A stretch of DNA of 64,000 nt from Coriobacteriia bacterium (GTDB lineage: Bacteria; Actinomycetota; Coriobacteriia; Coriobacteriales; UMGS124), in the NCBI GenBank assembly GCA_963930185.1, contig CAWVLT010000016.1, forward strand, positions 128,879 through 192,878. The letters are read 5' to 3'. This document shows positions 45,926-57,127 of this stretch, one piece after another (position 1 is the first letter of the stretch; each line of letters opens with the position of its first letter). The notes under the pieces were generated by a model. The model worked only from the letters and a program-made list of their open reading frames with translations. It was not told where the DNA came from and did not search any database. The translations under genes were made by a program, and so were the position numbers.

Positions 45926-47545
45926 CTACTCGGTCCACTCCGCGTAGGTCCACTCCACGCCGGCCCACTTGCCGGCACCATCGGCGCCGGTGTTGATGAG
46001 GCCGGCGGCGTAGGCATCGTTGTAAAGTGCCGAGACGATGTTCACGTAGGGCAGGTCCTGCGAGAGGATGGTCTGCGCCTGACGGTACAGCTCGGCGCGC
46101 TTGTCATCGTCGGCCGTGGCGTTGGCCTCCTCGCACAGCTCGTCGAACTCGGGGTTGCTGTAGCTGCCGTAGTTGGAGGCAACGCCGGTACCCCAGCGCA
46201 GCTTCAGGGCGTAGGCGTCCGGACCGAGGAAACCGCTCTGGATCTCGATGTCAAAGTCGTGCTGCTGGCCAACCTTGTCACTCCAGGCATTCATCTCAGA
46301 GAGAACGACCTCGCAGGGCAGACCGATGGCAGTCATCTCGGCGGCGATGAGCTTAGCGCACTCCTCGTTGCCGGTGCTCGAGAAGGTATCGATGGTGAAG
46401 CCGGTGATGTAGTTGCCGTTTTCGTCAGGAGTATAGCCGGCCTCCTCCAGAACGGCCTTGGCGCCCTCGGGATCGTAGGCGGGAGCCACGTCCTCGGTGT
46501 TGGACCACACGCCCCACTGGGCGGGATAGAAGGCGACCTCAGGCGGGTTGATGCCACCGAACGCCTTGGCCGAGATGTCATCGCGGTTCACGCACATGCA
46601 GATGGCGCGACGCACGGCCGGGTCGTCGAGGTGACGCTCGGTGCGCAGCGTGTTGAAGATCATGCGCGTGGGCGTCTGGTCGGGACGCTCGACGATGCGC
46701 AGCGACGGGTCGGCCTTGACCTGCTCGACGCTAGGCGTAGGCACGTTGAGCAGCACGTCGATCTCGGCATTGAGCAGGGCCTGAACGGCCGTGGTGTCAT
46801 CGGTGATGATGGAGTAGATCAGGTGCTTGATGGCCGGCACGTGGAAGTACTCCTCGTTGGCCTCCAGCTCGATGCTCTGGCCCTGGGTGTAGCCAACCAC
46901 CTTGAAGGGGCCGGAGGTCACGGGGATGTTGGTGAGCAGGGAGTTCTCGTTGTCGTTCCACTCCACGCCCTCGACGTCGTAGATGTGCTTGGGCATGATA
47001 AAGCCGGCATACCAGCCAATGGTGCTGATCATCGACATGTCGGGCTTCACCAGGTTGAAGACCACGGTGTAGTCGTCGGGGGCCTCGAAGGTGTCGACGT
47101 TGGTCATCGTGGTGTGCAGGTAGCACTGGGCGTTGTCCTTGATGCCCTGGAACGTGAAGACTACGTCCTCGGAGGTCAGGGGCTCGCCGTCGGTCCACTT
47201 GAGGTCCTGGCGCAGGTGGAAGGTGATGGTCAGGCCGTCATCGGAGACGTCCCAGCTCTCGGCGGCGTCGGGGATGCAGCTGCGCGTCACGTCGAGCTTG
47301 GTGAGGCGATGGTAGATGTTCTGCATCGCGTAGTAGCCGTTGTCATCGGGCGTCACGTCGGGGCACCAGCCCTGCGGGTCGCCACCGGCCTGTAGGATGA
47401 CGGTGTCGTTACCGGCGGCCAGGGCGGTCTGGCCGTTGAAGCTGATGAAGCTCGCGCCGGCCAGAGAGACGCCGGCGGCCAGGGCGGCCTTGACGAGCTG
47501 ACGACGGGTGATGCCGTCGACCATCTCAGCGTTCTTGATGTCCAT
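45926..47545 (-). CDS. Family-5 ABC substrate-binding protein with Tat-type signal (SBP4)
   Basis: ATG 47545 follows GAGGAGGG. MDIKNAEMVDGITRRQLVKAALAAGVSLAGASF. The body is collinear with the other three SBPs. Confidence 0.85.
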   Translation of the reverse strand: MDIKNAEMVDGITRRQLVKAALAAGVSLAGASFISFNGQTALAAGNDTVILQAGGDPQGWCPDVTPDDNGYYAMQNIYHRLTKLDVTRSCIPDAAESWDVSDDGLTITFHLRQDLKWTDGEPLTSEDVVFTFQGIKDNAQCYLHTTMTNVDTFEAPDDYTVVFNLVKPDMSMISTIGWYAGFIMPKHIYDVEGVEWNDNENSLLTNIPVTSGPFKVVGYTQGQSIELEANEEYFHVPAIKHLIYSIITDDTTAVQALLNAEIDVLLNVPTPSVEQVKADPSLRIVERPDQTPTRMIFNTLRTERHLDDPAVRRAICMCVNRDDISAKAFGGINPPEVAFYPAQWGVWSNTEDVAPAYDPEGAKAVLEEAGYTPDENGNYITGFTIDTFSSTGNEECAKLIAAEMTAIGLPCEVVLSEMNAWSDKVGQQHDFDIEIQSGFLGPDAYALKLRWGTGVASNYGSYSNPEFDELCEEANATADDDKRAELYRQAQTILSQDLPYVNIVSALYNDAYAAGLINTGADGAGKWAGVEWTYAEWTE

Positions 47546-47694
47546 AGCAGTCCCTCCTCTTATCTTGGGCACGGCCCTATGCCGTTGCCTCGTCTTATGT
47601 GGGCGGGCGACGCGCCTTGATGCCGGCGCATGTGCGCGCCACATGCACGCAACGCCACCCACCCACGGATGACCATGTTCTCGAGCGACGCCCT

Positions 47695-49116
47695 CTACAG
47701 GTCGTGATGACGCACGTAGTCGGCCTCGAGCAGGCCGCAGGCAAGCTGGATGGTCACCAGCTTCTTGATCGGGATGACCTGATAGTCGATCTCCTGCTCA
47801 AGCTGCTCGCACAGGGCGTCGCGACGCGCGGCCGCGGTGTCGCGAACCTGCTCGAGCGTGGCACGCTTCTCGGCGTTCTGCTCCCCGGCGGCATCCATGC
47901 GGGCAAGCTCACTTTCGCAGGCGCGCACCAGCAGCGTGATGGTGCGGCCGGCAAAGAACTTGCGCAGCTGTAGGCTGTCGAACGCCTCGGCCACCGTGGC
48001 CGGCTTGGCAAAGTCGGGGTTCTCGCGCACCATGGCACGGGTGGCGTCGTCCATGCCGCCACCACGCGTGAACTCGGTGAACGCGCGCAGGAAGTGGTCG
48101 GTCGGGTCGATGAGCGGGCTCACCTGCTCCAGAAGCTCGCGCATCTTGGAGAACTCCGCCTCGCGCTCGTCCAGGCCCTGCAGAGCGACGTCGCAGCGCG
48201 TGCGATCGATGGGCGACTTGTCACGGATGCGCTCATCAAAGAAGTAGGGCATCTCATTGACGAACTCGAAGCTGCCGTAGCGCGTGAGAGCATAGTCGGA
48301 GCTCGACGTGCCGGCCGAGATGTTGGCTGCCGGGTCGCCCTTGCCATACTTTTCCTGATAGTCGTACTTGTCGACCGTGGTGAGCAGCTTGTAGAGGGCC
48401 GGCGCCCACTCCTCGGCGTAGGGGGCCTCCGGCTCGCCCAGGTGCAGCGGCAGGTCCTGCTCCTCGACGATGGCGCGCATCTCCTCCCAGATCTCCGGCG
48501 TCTTGTGGGTCTGGTACCAGTAGACGCCGCCGAAGCCCGAGTTGTGCAGCGAGTACATGAAGCGCGGCTTGACCTTGTCGATGAGCGCCATCATGGCCTC
48601 GGTCTCGGGCAGCGGCTCGTGGAAGTGCAGCGTCTTGTAGTCGATGGGGAACGTCCACTCGACCTGCTCATAGCTTGCCGGGCGGAAGAAGTTGCGCGTG
48701 TAGTTGCTCAGCGTGAACGGCCCCTTGATCCAGGTGTTGAGGGCCAGCGAGTCGGCGTCCCAGGCCTTCACGAAGTACCAGGTGTAGCCCAGCTCGTCGC
48801 GCAGCTCCTTGTCGGAGGCAAGCCAGCGAGAGAGATGCTCGATGAGCATGCAGCCGATGGGCTCGTTGGGGTGCGGCACGCCCATCACCAGCGCGGTGGG
48901 GCGCCTCTCGCCCTCGGGCAGGTCGGCAGGCTCGGGGTCGCCCACCTTCAGGCACAGCAGCTCGCGGCCCTCGCGCGTGTGACCTATGGGAAAGATCTCC
49001 ACGACCTCGGGGAACTCGGCTGCCAGCGCGCGGCTGCTCTCGTCGAGCTCGTCGGGGGTGAGGAACACCTGATAGTCGGGGATGGTGTCCACGACCTTCT
49101 GGTAGATCGGCTTCAT
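47695..49116 (-). CDS. Cytosolic M14-like zinc carboxypeptidase/amidase paralog 2
   Basis: ATG 49116. GHTREGRELLCLKVG...LVMGVPHPNEPIG, NYTRNFFRP, PLPETEAMMALI, YSLHNSGFGGVYWY. It shares the C-terminal tail of paralogs 1 and 3. Confidence 0.7.
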   Translation of the reverse strand: MKPIYQKVVDTIPDYQVFLTPDELDESSRALAAEFPEVVEIFPIGHTREGRELLCLKVGDPEPADLPEGERRPTALVMGVPHPNEPIGCMLIEHLSRWLASDKELRDELGYTWYFVKAWDADSLALNTWIKGPFTLSNYTRNFFRPASYEQVEWTFPIDYKTLHFHEPLPETEAMMALIDKVKPRFMYSLHNSGFGGVYWYQTHKTPEIWEEMRAIVEEQDLPLHLGEPEAPYAEEWAPALYKLLTTVDKYDYQEKYGKGDPAANISAGTSSSDYALTRYGSFEFVNEMPYFFDERIRDKSPIDRTRCDVALQGLDEREAEFSKMRELLEQVSPLIDPTDHFLRAFTEFTRGGGMDDATRAMVRENPDFAKPATVAEAFDSLQLRKFFAGRTITLLVRACESELARMDAAGEQNAEKRATLEQVRDTAAARRDALCEQLEQEIDYQVIPIKKLVTIQLACGLLEADYVRHHDL

Positions 49117-49145
49117 GTGATGCAGCGTCCTTTCTGTTTGTCCAC

Positions 49146-49185
49146 CGCGTGCCCGTCTCGCCTTCACATGCGAGACGGGCACGCG
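49146..49185 (-). terminator. Perfect 16-bp-stem hairpin between M14 paralogs 3 and 2
   Basis: CGCGTGCCCGTCTCGC-CTTCACAT-GCGAGACGGGCACGCG. There is no T-tract, so it may be an RNA-processing, stability or attenuation element rather than a full terminator. Confidence 0.4.
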
Positions 49186-49204
49186 AGGGGGCGAGTCCGC
49201 GTGA

Positions 49205-50605
49205 TTAGAAGTGGTCGCGCACGTACTCGGCCATCATGAGGCCGCAGGAGAGCTGGATGGTCACGAGCTTCTTGATCGGGACCACCTGGTAGTCAAACGA
49301 CTCCTCCAGCTCGGCGGCGAGCTTCTCGTAGGCCGGCTTGGCGGCCGCCAGGGCCTTCTCGAGGGCGGCGCGCTTCTCGGGGTTGTCCTCGCCCGACTCG
49401 TCCATCGCGGCGAGCTCGCTTTCGTTGGCGCGCACCAGCATGCCAAACGAGAGCAGCTTGTAGAACTTGGTGACGAGCAGGTTGTCGAACACCTGCGCCA
49501 CGGTGGCGGGCTCGGCAAAGGCCGGGTCCTCGGCGATCATCTTGCGCGTGGCGTCGTCGGAGCTGTCGCGGGTGAACGCCTGGATTGCCAGCATGAACGG
49601 GTTCTCGGCATCCATGTACTGCTGGGAGATGGCGAGGGTGTCGCGCAGGAAGGCGCTCGTCTCCTTGCCCCAGTCCAGGCTCTCGGTCACCACGTCGCGG
49701 CGGATACGCTCGGTGGGCGACTGGTCGTCGATGCGCGGGTCGTAGAAGTAGGGCAGCTCGGTGAGGAAGGTGAACGAGTTGTACTTCTTGGCGGAGTAGC
49801 CACCCGAGCAGTCACCGCAGACGATGGCCTCCGCCGGGTCCTTGTCCGGGTCGCCGTACTTCTCCAGGTAGTCGTATTCCTGCTCGATGCCCAGCTCCTC
49901 GTAGACCGCCGGCGCCCACAGCACGCAGTAGGGGGCCTCGGGCTCGCCCAGGTTGAGCGGCACGCCCTGGTCGATGGCGACCTCGCGCATGGCGTCCCAG
50001 ATCTCGGGCGTCTTCTTGGACTGGTACCAGTACACCCCGCCGAAGCCGGCGTTGTGCAGCGAGTAGATGAAGGCGGGCTTGATCTCGTCGATCAGGTCCT
50101 TCATGGCCGTGGTCTCGGGCAGCGGCGCGTCAAAGTGCAGCGTCTTGTAGTCGATGGGCCACGTCCAGTCCACCTGCTTGAAGCCCGCCGGGCGGAAGAA
50201 GTTGCGCGAGTAGTTGGTGATGGTGAAGGGGCCCTTGAGCCAGCCCTTGTTGAGCTCCAGGGAGTCGGCGTCCCAGTTCTTGACGATGTACCAGGTGTAG
50301 CCAAGCTCCTCGCGCAGCTCGGCGTCTGCGGCCAGGCAGCGGGAGAAGTGCTCGGCGAGCATGGTGCCGATGGGCTCGTTAGGGTGCGGCGTGCCAAAGA
50401 CGAGGGCGTTCTTGGGACCGTTGCCTATCTTGAGGCACAGCAGCGGCCGATCCTTGCGGGTGCGCCCGATCTCGAAGAGCTCCACCGTCTCGGGGAACTC
50501 GGCGGCAAGCGCACGGCTGCTCTCGTCGAGCTCGTCGGGGGTGAGGAACACCTTGTAGTCGGGGATGGTGTCAATGACCTTCTGGAACACGGGCTTGAGT
50601 GCCAT
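49205..50605 (-). CDS. Cytosolic M14-like zinc carboxypeptidase/amidase paralog 3
   Basis: ATG 50605 follows AAGGAGG. GRTRKDRPLLCLKIG...LVFGTPHPNEPIG, NYSRNFFRP, PLPETTAMKDLI, YSLHNAGFGGVYWY. Confidence 0.7.
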   Translation of the reverse strand: MALKPVFQKVIDTIPDYKVFLTPDELDESSRALAAEFPETVELFEIGRTRKDRPLLCLKIGNGPKNALVFGTPHPNEPIGTMLAEHFSRCLAADAELREELGYTWYIVKNWDADSLELNKGWLKGPFTITNYSRNFFRPAGFKQVDWTWPIDYKTLHFDAPLPETTAMKDLIDEIKPAFIYSLHNAGFGGVYWYQSKKTPEIWDAMREVAIDQGVPLNLGEPEAPYCVLWAPAVYEELGIEQEYDYLEKYGDPDKDPAEAIVCGDCSGGYSAKKYNSFTFLTELPYFYDPRIDDQSPTERIRRDVVTESLDWGKETSAFLRDTLAISQQYMDAENPFMLAIQAFTRDSSDDATRKMIAEDPAFAEPATVAQVFDNLLVTKFYKLLSFGMLVRANESELAAMDESGEDNPEKRAALEKALAAAKPAYEKLAAELEESFDYQVVPIKKLVTIQLSCGLMMAEYVRDHF

Positions 50606-50657
50606 GGACGTCCTCCTTTGAACATGCACCGATGTAAAAACGCAATGTAAAACGTAT

Positions 50658-50695
50658 ACAAAGGGGCCACGCGCCCATGTGGGCTACGTGGCCCC
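50658..50695 (-). terminator. Terminator-like hairpin between dppF-like gene and M14 paralog 3
   Basis: The minus strand reads GGGGCCACG-(15-nt loop)-CGTGGCCCC followed by TTTGTATACGTTTTACATTGCGTTTTTAC. Confidence 0.55.
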
Positions 50696-50705
50696 GAGGT
50701 TCCAG

Positions 50706-51765
<1,060 letters not shown>

Positions 51766-51788
<23 letters not shown>

Positions 51789-52863
51789 CGCTGTCTCCTC
51801 CCTCGTACAGCCAGCACTTCACGGTGCGGCCATTCTCGAAATTCACGACGGGCGGCCGCTGCTCGCGGCAGCGCTGCGTGGCACGCGGGCAGCGCGGGGC
51901 GAACGGGCAGCCAGGCTGTTCCTCGGCGAGGTCGGGAAGGAAGCCGGGGATGGACTTGAGCTGGGTGATCTCGCCCTTAAGCGAGGGGAACGAGGCCAGC
52001 AGGCCCTGCGAGTAGGGGTGCTTGGGGTCCTTGAGCACGTCGCGGACCTTGCCGCACTCCATGATCTCGCCCGCGTACATGACGGCCACGTCGCTGCACG
52101 AGGCGGCGACGACCGACATGTCGTGCGTGATCATGATGCGCGTGGTGTGCAGCTTCTCCTCCAGGCCCTTGACCTCCTCGAGGATCTGGCTCTGCGTCAC
52201 CACGTCAAGCGCGGTGGTGGCCTCGTCGAACACCAGCAGGTCAGGCTGGTGCATCAGGCTGATGGCGATGGCCACGCGCTGCAGCATGCCGCCCGACATC
52301 TCGTGCGGGTAGAGGTTGTACACGCGCTCGGGCAGGTTCACCAGGCGCAGGAGCTCCACCATGCGGGCGCGGATCTCCTCCTTGGTGGCCTTGGGCTCGT
52401 GCACGCGGTAGATGTCCTCGACCTGCGTGGAGATGCGGTGCACCGGCGAAAGCGCGTTCATCGCCTTCTGGAACACGATGGAGATGTCGGTCCAGCGCAG
52501 CTGGTTCATGCGCGTGTCGTCAATGGCGAGCAGGTCCTCACCCTTGAAGAGGGCCTCGCCGGTGACCTCGGAGTGCTTGGGGTCGAGCAGGCGCAGGATG
52601 CCCATGGCAAGCGTCGACTTGCCCGAGCCCGACTCGCCCACGATGCCCAGCGACTCGCCCGGCATGAGGGTGAACGAGGCATCGCGCACCGCATGGACAC
52701 GCTTGCCGCTGCGCCCGATGTAAGTGACGTTGACGTCATGCGCCTCAAGCAGGGGTTGCTTGCCGGTGTCCTTGCCGGCGGCCATCTGCTCGACTGCTAC
52801 TTGCTCCTGGGCGACAGGCGTTGCCTGCTGCTCCTGGGTCAATCCCTGAGTGTCCTGGGACAT
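51766..52863 (-). CDS. Oligopeptide/dipeptide ABC transporter ATP-binding protein (DppD/OppD-like)
   Basis: Walker A GESGSGKST, MSGGMLQRVAIAISL and LVFDEATTALD. The C-terminal extension reads GCPFAPRCPRATQRC. Confidence 0.9.
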
Positions 52864-52865
52864 GG

Positions 52866-53744
52866 CTATCTCCTCCCCTTACGCCGGGGGTCAAGCACGT
52901 GGTTCAGGCCATCGCCCAGCAGATAGAACGTGAGCACCGTAATGACGATCGCGACGCCGGCGAACACCGAGATCCACCAGGCCGTGGTGATGTAGCTCTT
53001 GCCGTTGTAGATCATCTGGCCCCAGCTGATGATGTTGGGGTCGCCCAGGCCCAGGAACGACAGGCCCGCCTCGGTGAGGATGGCGCCCGACATGCCCAGC
53101 GTGGTGTTGGCGATGACCGGGAAGATGCCGTTGGGGATGATGTACTTGACGAGGATCTGCGCCTTGCTCTCGCCCATGGCCGTGGCGGCGCGCACGAACG
53201 TGCGCTGACGCAGCGACAGCGCCTGGGCCCTCATGAGTCGTGCGTTACTCGGCCATGTGGTGAGTCCGATGCAGATCATCACGTTGGTGATGTTGCTGCC
53301 GAACAGGGCCACGACCAAAAGGATCAGGAAGAACGAGGGGATCATCATGAAGATGTTGATGATCTCGGACACCACGGTGTCGACCTTGCCGCCGAAGAAG
53401 CCGGCGATGCCGCCCACGATGACGCCGATGCAGGCGGAGATCAGCGCCGAGACCAGGGCGACCGACAGCGACGTCCTGGTGCCGCGGATGATCATGCTCA
53501 GGATGTCCTGACCTAGGTTGTTGGTGCCCAGGACGTGCGTGATCTCGTCGCCGTTCTGGTCGGTGCCGACCTCGCCGGGCGCGGCGAGGACGTCATTGCC
53601 ATAGTGGTAGGGGTTGTCCGGCTCGATGACGGGAGCCGTGATCACGATGAACAGCAGGAACAACAGCAGGATGACGCCGGCTGCAAGCTGTCGATCGCTG
53701 AAGATTGTCTTGAAGAATCTCGTTATCGTCTTCATCTGCTGCAC
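52866..53744 (-). CDS. ABC peptide transporter permease (DppC/OppC-like)
   Basis: 292 aa with 6 TM helices and an EAA-type loop (MRAQALSLRQRTFVRAATAMGES). Confidence 0.88.
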   Translation of the reverse strand: MQQMKTITRFFKTIFSDRQLAAGVILLLFLLFIVITAPVIEPDNPYHYGNDVLAAPGEVGTDQNGDEITHVLGTNNLGQDILSMIIRGTRTSLSVALVSALISACIGVIVGGIAGFFGGKVDTVVSEIINIFMMIPSFFLILLVVALFGSNITNVMICIGLTTWPSNARLMRAQALSLRQRTFVRAATAMGESKAQILVKYIIPNGIFPVIANTTLGMSGAILTEAGLSFLGLGDPNIISWGQMIYNGKSYITTAWWISVFAGVAIVITVLTFYLLGDGLNHVLDPRRKGRR

Positions 53745-53751
53745 CTAACCA

Positions 53752-54717
53752 TCACTCGTAGCGGATACGGGGGTCAAGCGCCGCGTACACGAGGTCGACG
53801 ATCAGCATGACGACAGCGACGCAAATGCTCATGACCAGGTAGATTCCCATCAGGGTGGGATAGTCGCGCTGGTTGATGGCGGTCAGCACCAGGCGGCCCA
53901 TGCCCGGCCAGGAGAACACCGTCTCGATCAGGGTGACGCCGGTGATGAGGTAGGCCATGCCGATGCCGAACATCGTGACCGTGGGCAGGATGGCGTTACG
54001 CAGGACGTACTTGCCGTAGATGCGCTTCTCGGGCATGCCCGTGGCGCGCAGGGTAGTGACGAAGTCCTCGTTCATGACCTGCAGCATCGAGGACTTCGCG
54101 ATACGGAAGTACTCGGGGATCAGCACGATGACCAGCGTGATGACCGGCAGGACCATGTGCTTGGCGACGTCTAGGACGTACTCCATGCCCTGGTAGTTGG
54201 CGCGCGCCGTGGTCATGCCGTAGCTGGGCAGCCAGCCGAGCATCGAGGAGAACAGGATGATGAGCATAAGGCCCAGCCAGAAGGAGGGCAGCGAGCTCGC
54301 CACGTACGCGCCGCCCGACATGCCGAAGTCGAAGGGGCCGCCCTCGCGCTTGGCCGCGCGCACGCCCGCGAGCGTTCCGAGGATCGCCGCGATGAGGTAC
54401 GAGGTGAAGCCGAGCAGCAGCGTGGCGCCCACGCGCTCGCCGATCATGTCGGTGACCGGGCGGTTATACATGTAGGAGTCGCCCAGGTCGCCCGTGACGG
54501 CAGTGCCGAGGTACTTGCCGAACTGTACGATGAGCGGCTGATCCAGACCGTACTTCTGCTCGAGAGCCGCGCGCATCGCCGGGTCATCGGTGTTGGGACC
54601 CATCAGGGCGGTCACCGGATCGCCGGGCGCTGCGTGAATGATGACGAAATTGATGGCAAACACGGCAAGTACCGTGAGGATGCCAGAGAATATTCGCCGT
54701 ATCACGTATCTCTTCAT
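53752..54717 (-). CDS. ABC peptide transporter permease (DppB/OppB-like)
   Basis: ATG 54717. MKRYVIRRIFSGILTVLAVFAINFVIIHAAPGDPV is the classic N-terminus. The EAA loop reads EDFVTTLRATGMPEKRI. Confidence 0.88.
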   Translation of the reverse strand: MKRYVIRRIFSGILTVLAVFAINFVIIHAAPGDPVTALMGPNTDDPAMRAALEQKYGLDQPLIVQFGKYLGTAVTGDLGDSYMYNRPVTDMIGERVGATLLLGFTSYLIAAILGTLAGVRAAKREGGPFDFGMSGGAYVASSLPSFWLGLMLIILFSSMLGWLPSYGMTTARANYQGMEYVLDVAKHMVLPVITLVIVLIPEYFRIAKSSMLQVMNEDFVTTLRATGMPEKRIYGKYVLRNAILPTVTMFGIGMAYLITGVTLIETVFSWPGMGRLVLTAINQRDYPTLMGIYLVMSICVAVVMLIVDLVYAALDPRIRYE

Positions 54718-54745
54718 GGCCTCACTCTCCCAACCTCTTCCCTTC

Positions 54746-54770
54746 CGTGTCACGTTCCTGACGTGTCACG
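54746..54770. promoter_or_regulatory. Direct repeat CGTGTCACG x2 in the dppB leader/promoter
   Basis: CGTGTCACG occurs at 54746-54754 and 54762-54770 (16-bp period), 29-53 nt upstream of the dppB-like start codon. Confidence 0.3.
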
Positions 54771-55045
54771 ATCCGTTGTGCCACGACCGTCAGGACGCGC
54801 CACCGTATGTAAGCGCTAAGTATGCGCCAAAAAGTGCGCCGTTGACCGTTTAGAAACATAGCGTTTACCAAACGGGAGAGACGGACGGCTGTTTTTGGGC
54901 GGTATTCGGCCCAAGGCTGGTCTATTGATATATACTTGCGCATCGCGCGCCGCAGGTCGCACCGCGCTAGGGGGATCCGCGGCGCATCCGTGCGGCCGCT
55001 ACGGCCCGAGCCTCAAACCCAGACCTGCGCAGAAAGGCGCCCGAC

Positions 55046-56392
55046 ATGCGCTTCGGCATCATCCACGCATCCATGTTCCGCACCTACCTTGGCTACGTCA
55101 TCCCCTCCATGGTGGCGCTCATGCTCTCGAGCGTGTTCATCATCCTGGACGGCGTGTTCGTGGGCCATGCCGTGGGCGACGCCGGCCTTGCGGGCATCAA
55201 CGTGGCCTACCCGCTCATCACCTGCGTGAACGCCATCGCCATGGGCGTGGGCATGGGCGGCGCCGTCATCTCGTCGGTCGAGCGAGGCCGCGGCAACGAC
55301 GCCGCCACCGCGCAGGCGACGGGCAACGTCTTCTTCGTGCTGCTGCTCGCCGGGATCCCGCTGGCCATCCTCATGGCGGTGTTCGCCCGGCCCCTGTGCG
55401 CCCTGATGGGCGGGTCGGGCCAGACGCTCACCGAGGCCACGCACTTCGTGCAGACCATGGCCATCGGTACGCCGTTCCAGGTGCTCTCGCTGGGCAGCAT
55501 CGCCCTTGTGCGCAATCGCGGGGACGTGCGCTACGCCATGGTGGTGCAGCTCATCGCCACCTGCATCAACATCGTGCTCGACTTCCTCTACGTCTTTGAG
55601 CTGGACTTCGGCATTCGCGGCGCCGCCCTGGCAACCATCACCGGGCAGATCTTCTCGTTCTGCGCCTACGTGTTCTACTTCACGCGCAAGCAGCACCGCT
55701 TCCCCCTGAGCGCGCTGCGGCCCAATCGCCCGCTGCTCGCACACATGTTCAAGCTGGGCCTTGCGCCCTTTGGGCTGACCCTTCTGCCCGACGTAACCAC
55801 CGTCGTGGTGAACATCAACGCCAACGCCGTGGGCGGCGAGACCGCCGTCGCCGCCTACGCCGCCATCTCGTACGTGGCGTTCATCGTGCTCATGCTCATG
55901 CAGGGCATCGCCGACGGCAGCCAGCCGCTCATCAGCCTGTGCCACGGCAAGGGCGAGCGCGAAACGGTAGCACGCCTGCGCAACACCAACTACCTGGTCG
56001 CAGGTGGCCTGGGCCTTGTCGGCCTGGCGGCCATGGTGCTGCTCAGGGGCCAGGTGCCCGCCCTGTTCGGCGCATCGCAGACGACGGCGGACATCATCGC
56101 CTTCGCCCTGCCCGTCTACTCGCTGGCGTTCGTGTTCTACGGCATCACGCACGCCAGCATGTCGTACTTCTACGCCACCGACAACGCCCGGGCCTCCAGC
56201 ATCCTGGTGTACGGCGAGGCGGTGCTGGTGGTTGCCATCGTCACCGGCATGACGTTTGCGCTGGGCATCAACGGCACGTGGGCGTCCATCGTGGTGGTGC
56301 AGGTGATCCTGTGCGCCATGGCGGCCGCGGAGCTGTGGGTGGTCACCAGGGCGCAGGCAGCGCGCAGGTTGGCCGATTCGCACAGGGTGTGA
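55046..56392 (+). CDS. MATE-family efflux transporter
   Basis: 448 aa with 12 TM helices. The N-terminus FRTYLGYVIPSMVALMLSSVFIILDGVFVGHAVGDAGLAGINVAYP is typical of MatE proteins. Confidence 0.88.
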   Translation: MRFGIIHASMFRTYLGYVIPSMVALMLSSVFIILDGVFVGHAVGDAGLAGINVAYPLITCVNAIAMGVGMGGAVISSVERGRGNDAATAQATGNVFFVLLLAGIPLAILMAVFARPLCALMGGSGQTLTEATHFVQTMAIGTPFQVLSLGSIALVRNRGDVRYAMVVQLIATCINIVLDFLYVFELDFGIRGAALATITGQIFSFCAYVFYFTRKQHRFPLSALRPNRPLLAHMFKLGLAPFGLTLLPDVTTVVVNINANAVGGETAVAAYAAISYVAFIVLMLMQGIADGSQPLISLCHGKGERETVARLRNTNYLVAGGLGLVGLAAMVLLRGQVPALFGASQTTADIIAFALPVYSLAFVFYGITHASMSYFYATDNARASSILVYGEAVLVVAIVTGMTFALGINGTWASIVVVQVILCAMAAAELWVVTRAQAARRLADSHRV

Positions 56393-57108
56393 GGAATACA
56401 GGCGCTAGGATATGGGCGATGGGATACGGGCGACGGGCCAGATCCGAGGCCACACCGGGGACAGGTAAGCTGCGAACTGGGGCGCCGGTATGCTGGGGTG
56501 CCGGCATGCTTGCGTGCCGGCGTTCTGGTGGGTAGCGAGCAGGCCGATGGCGACGAGCGGGCCGACGGGCAGTCGAGAAGTTGCCCGCACCTCTATCTTG
56601 CACGGAAAAACGGGCCCGTATGGAAAGAAATGGCACTTTGGAACGAGTCTACTGCGAGCCTACTGTTTTGGTAGGATTATTTAATTATGGGATCAGTGCA
56701 TCCGGTATGAACATTCGCTAGCCTGACCTAAAGGTAGTTTGTCAGACTCCCCCTTTGTCTTGCCTTGACGCATTCCAACTCGTTCCAAAGCCCGAAAACT
56801 TTCCAGATGGGCATCGTTTTGCGTGCAAGTTCTTACATGCGAGTCCTTTCATGCAAGTTCATCTGGTTGTCATCTGGTCACATGGCTTGCCCCTTCACCA
56901 TCCCTTGCCGCCCGCCGTACCCCGCCGCGCCCCGCCTGCCGCACCCCACCAGCCATGCTTTGGTTTGCCCACCACGCCCCACCCCCACGCTACACTTTGC
57001 CGCTGACCCCCTACGCTTCCCGGGACTTCGCTTTGAGCTTTGCCCATCTTTCGTGAATCTGGCCTCACAAGCCCGCTTCCCTGGTATGCAGCTCGATTTT
57101 TTAGGTAC

Positions 57109-57127
57109 TAATTTAGATGCTAAATTA
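57109..57127. promoter_or_regulatory. Candidate MarR operator
   Basis: TAATTTAG-ATG-CTAAATTA has perfect 8-bp arms. It sits in the only AT-rich stretch upstream of the MarR/ABC exporter operon, about 150 bp from the start. Confidence 0.3.

Noticed and set aside
43187-47395. 690-aa and 705-aa plus-strand ORFs spanning M14 paralog 1, SBP3 and SBP4
   Set aside because: They are antisense artefacts. They even run across intergenic repeats and terminators, which real genes would not do.
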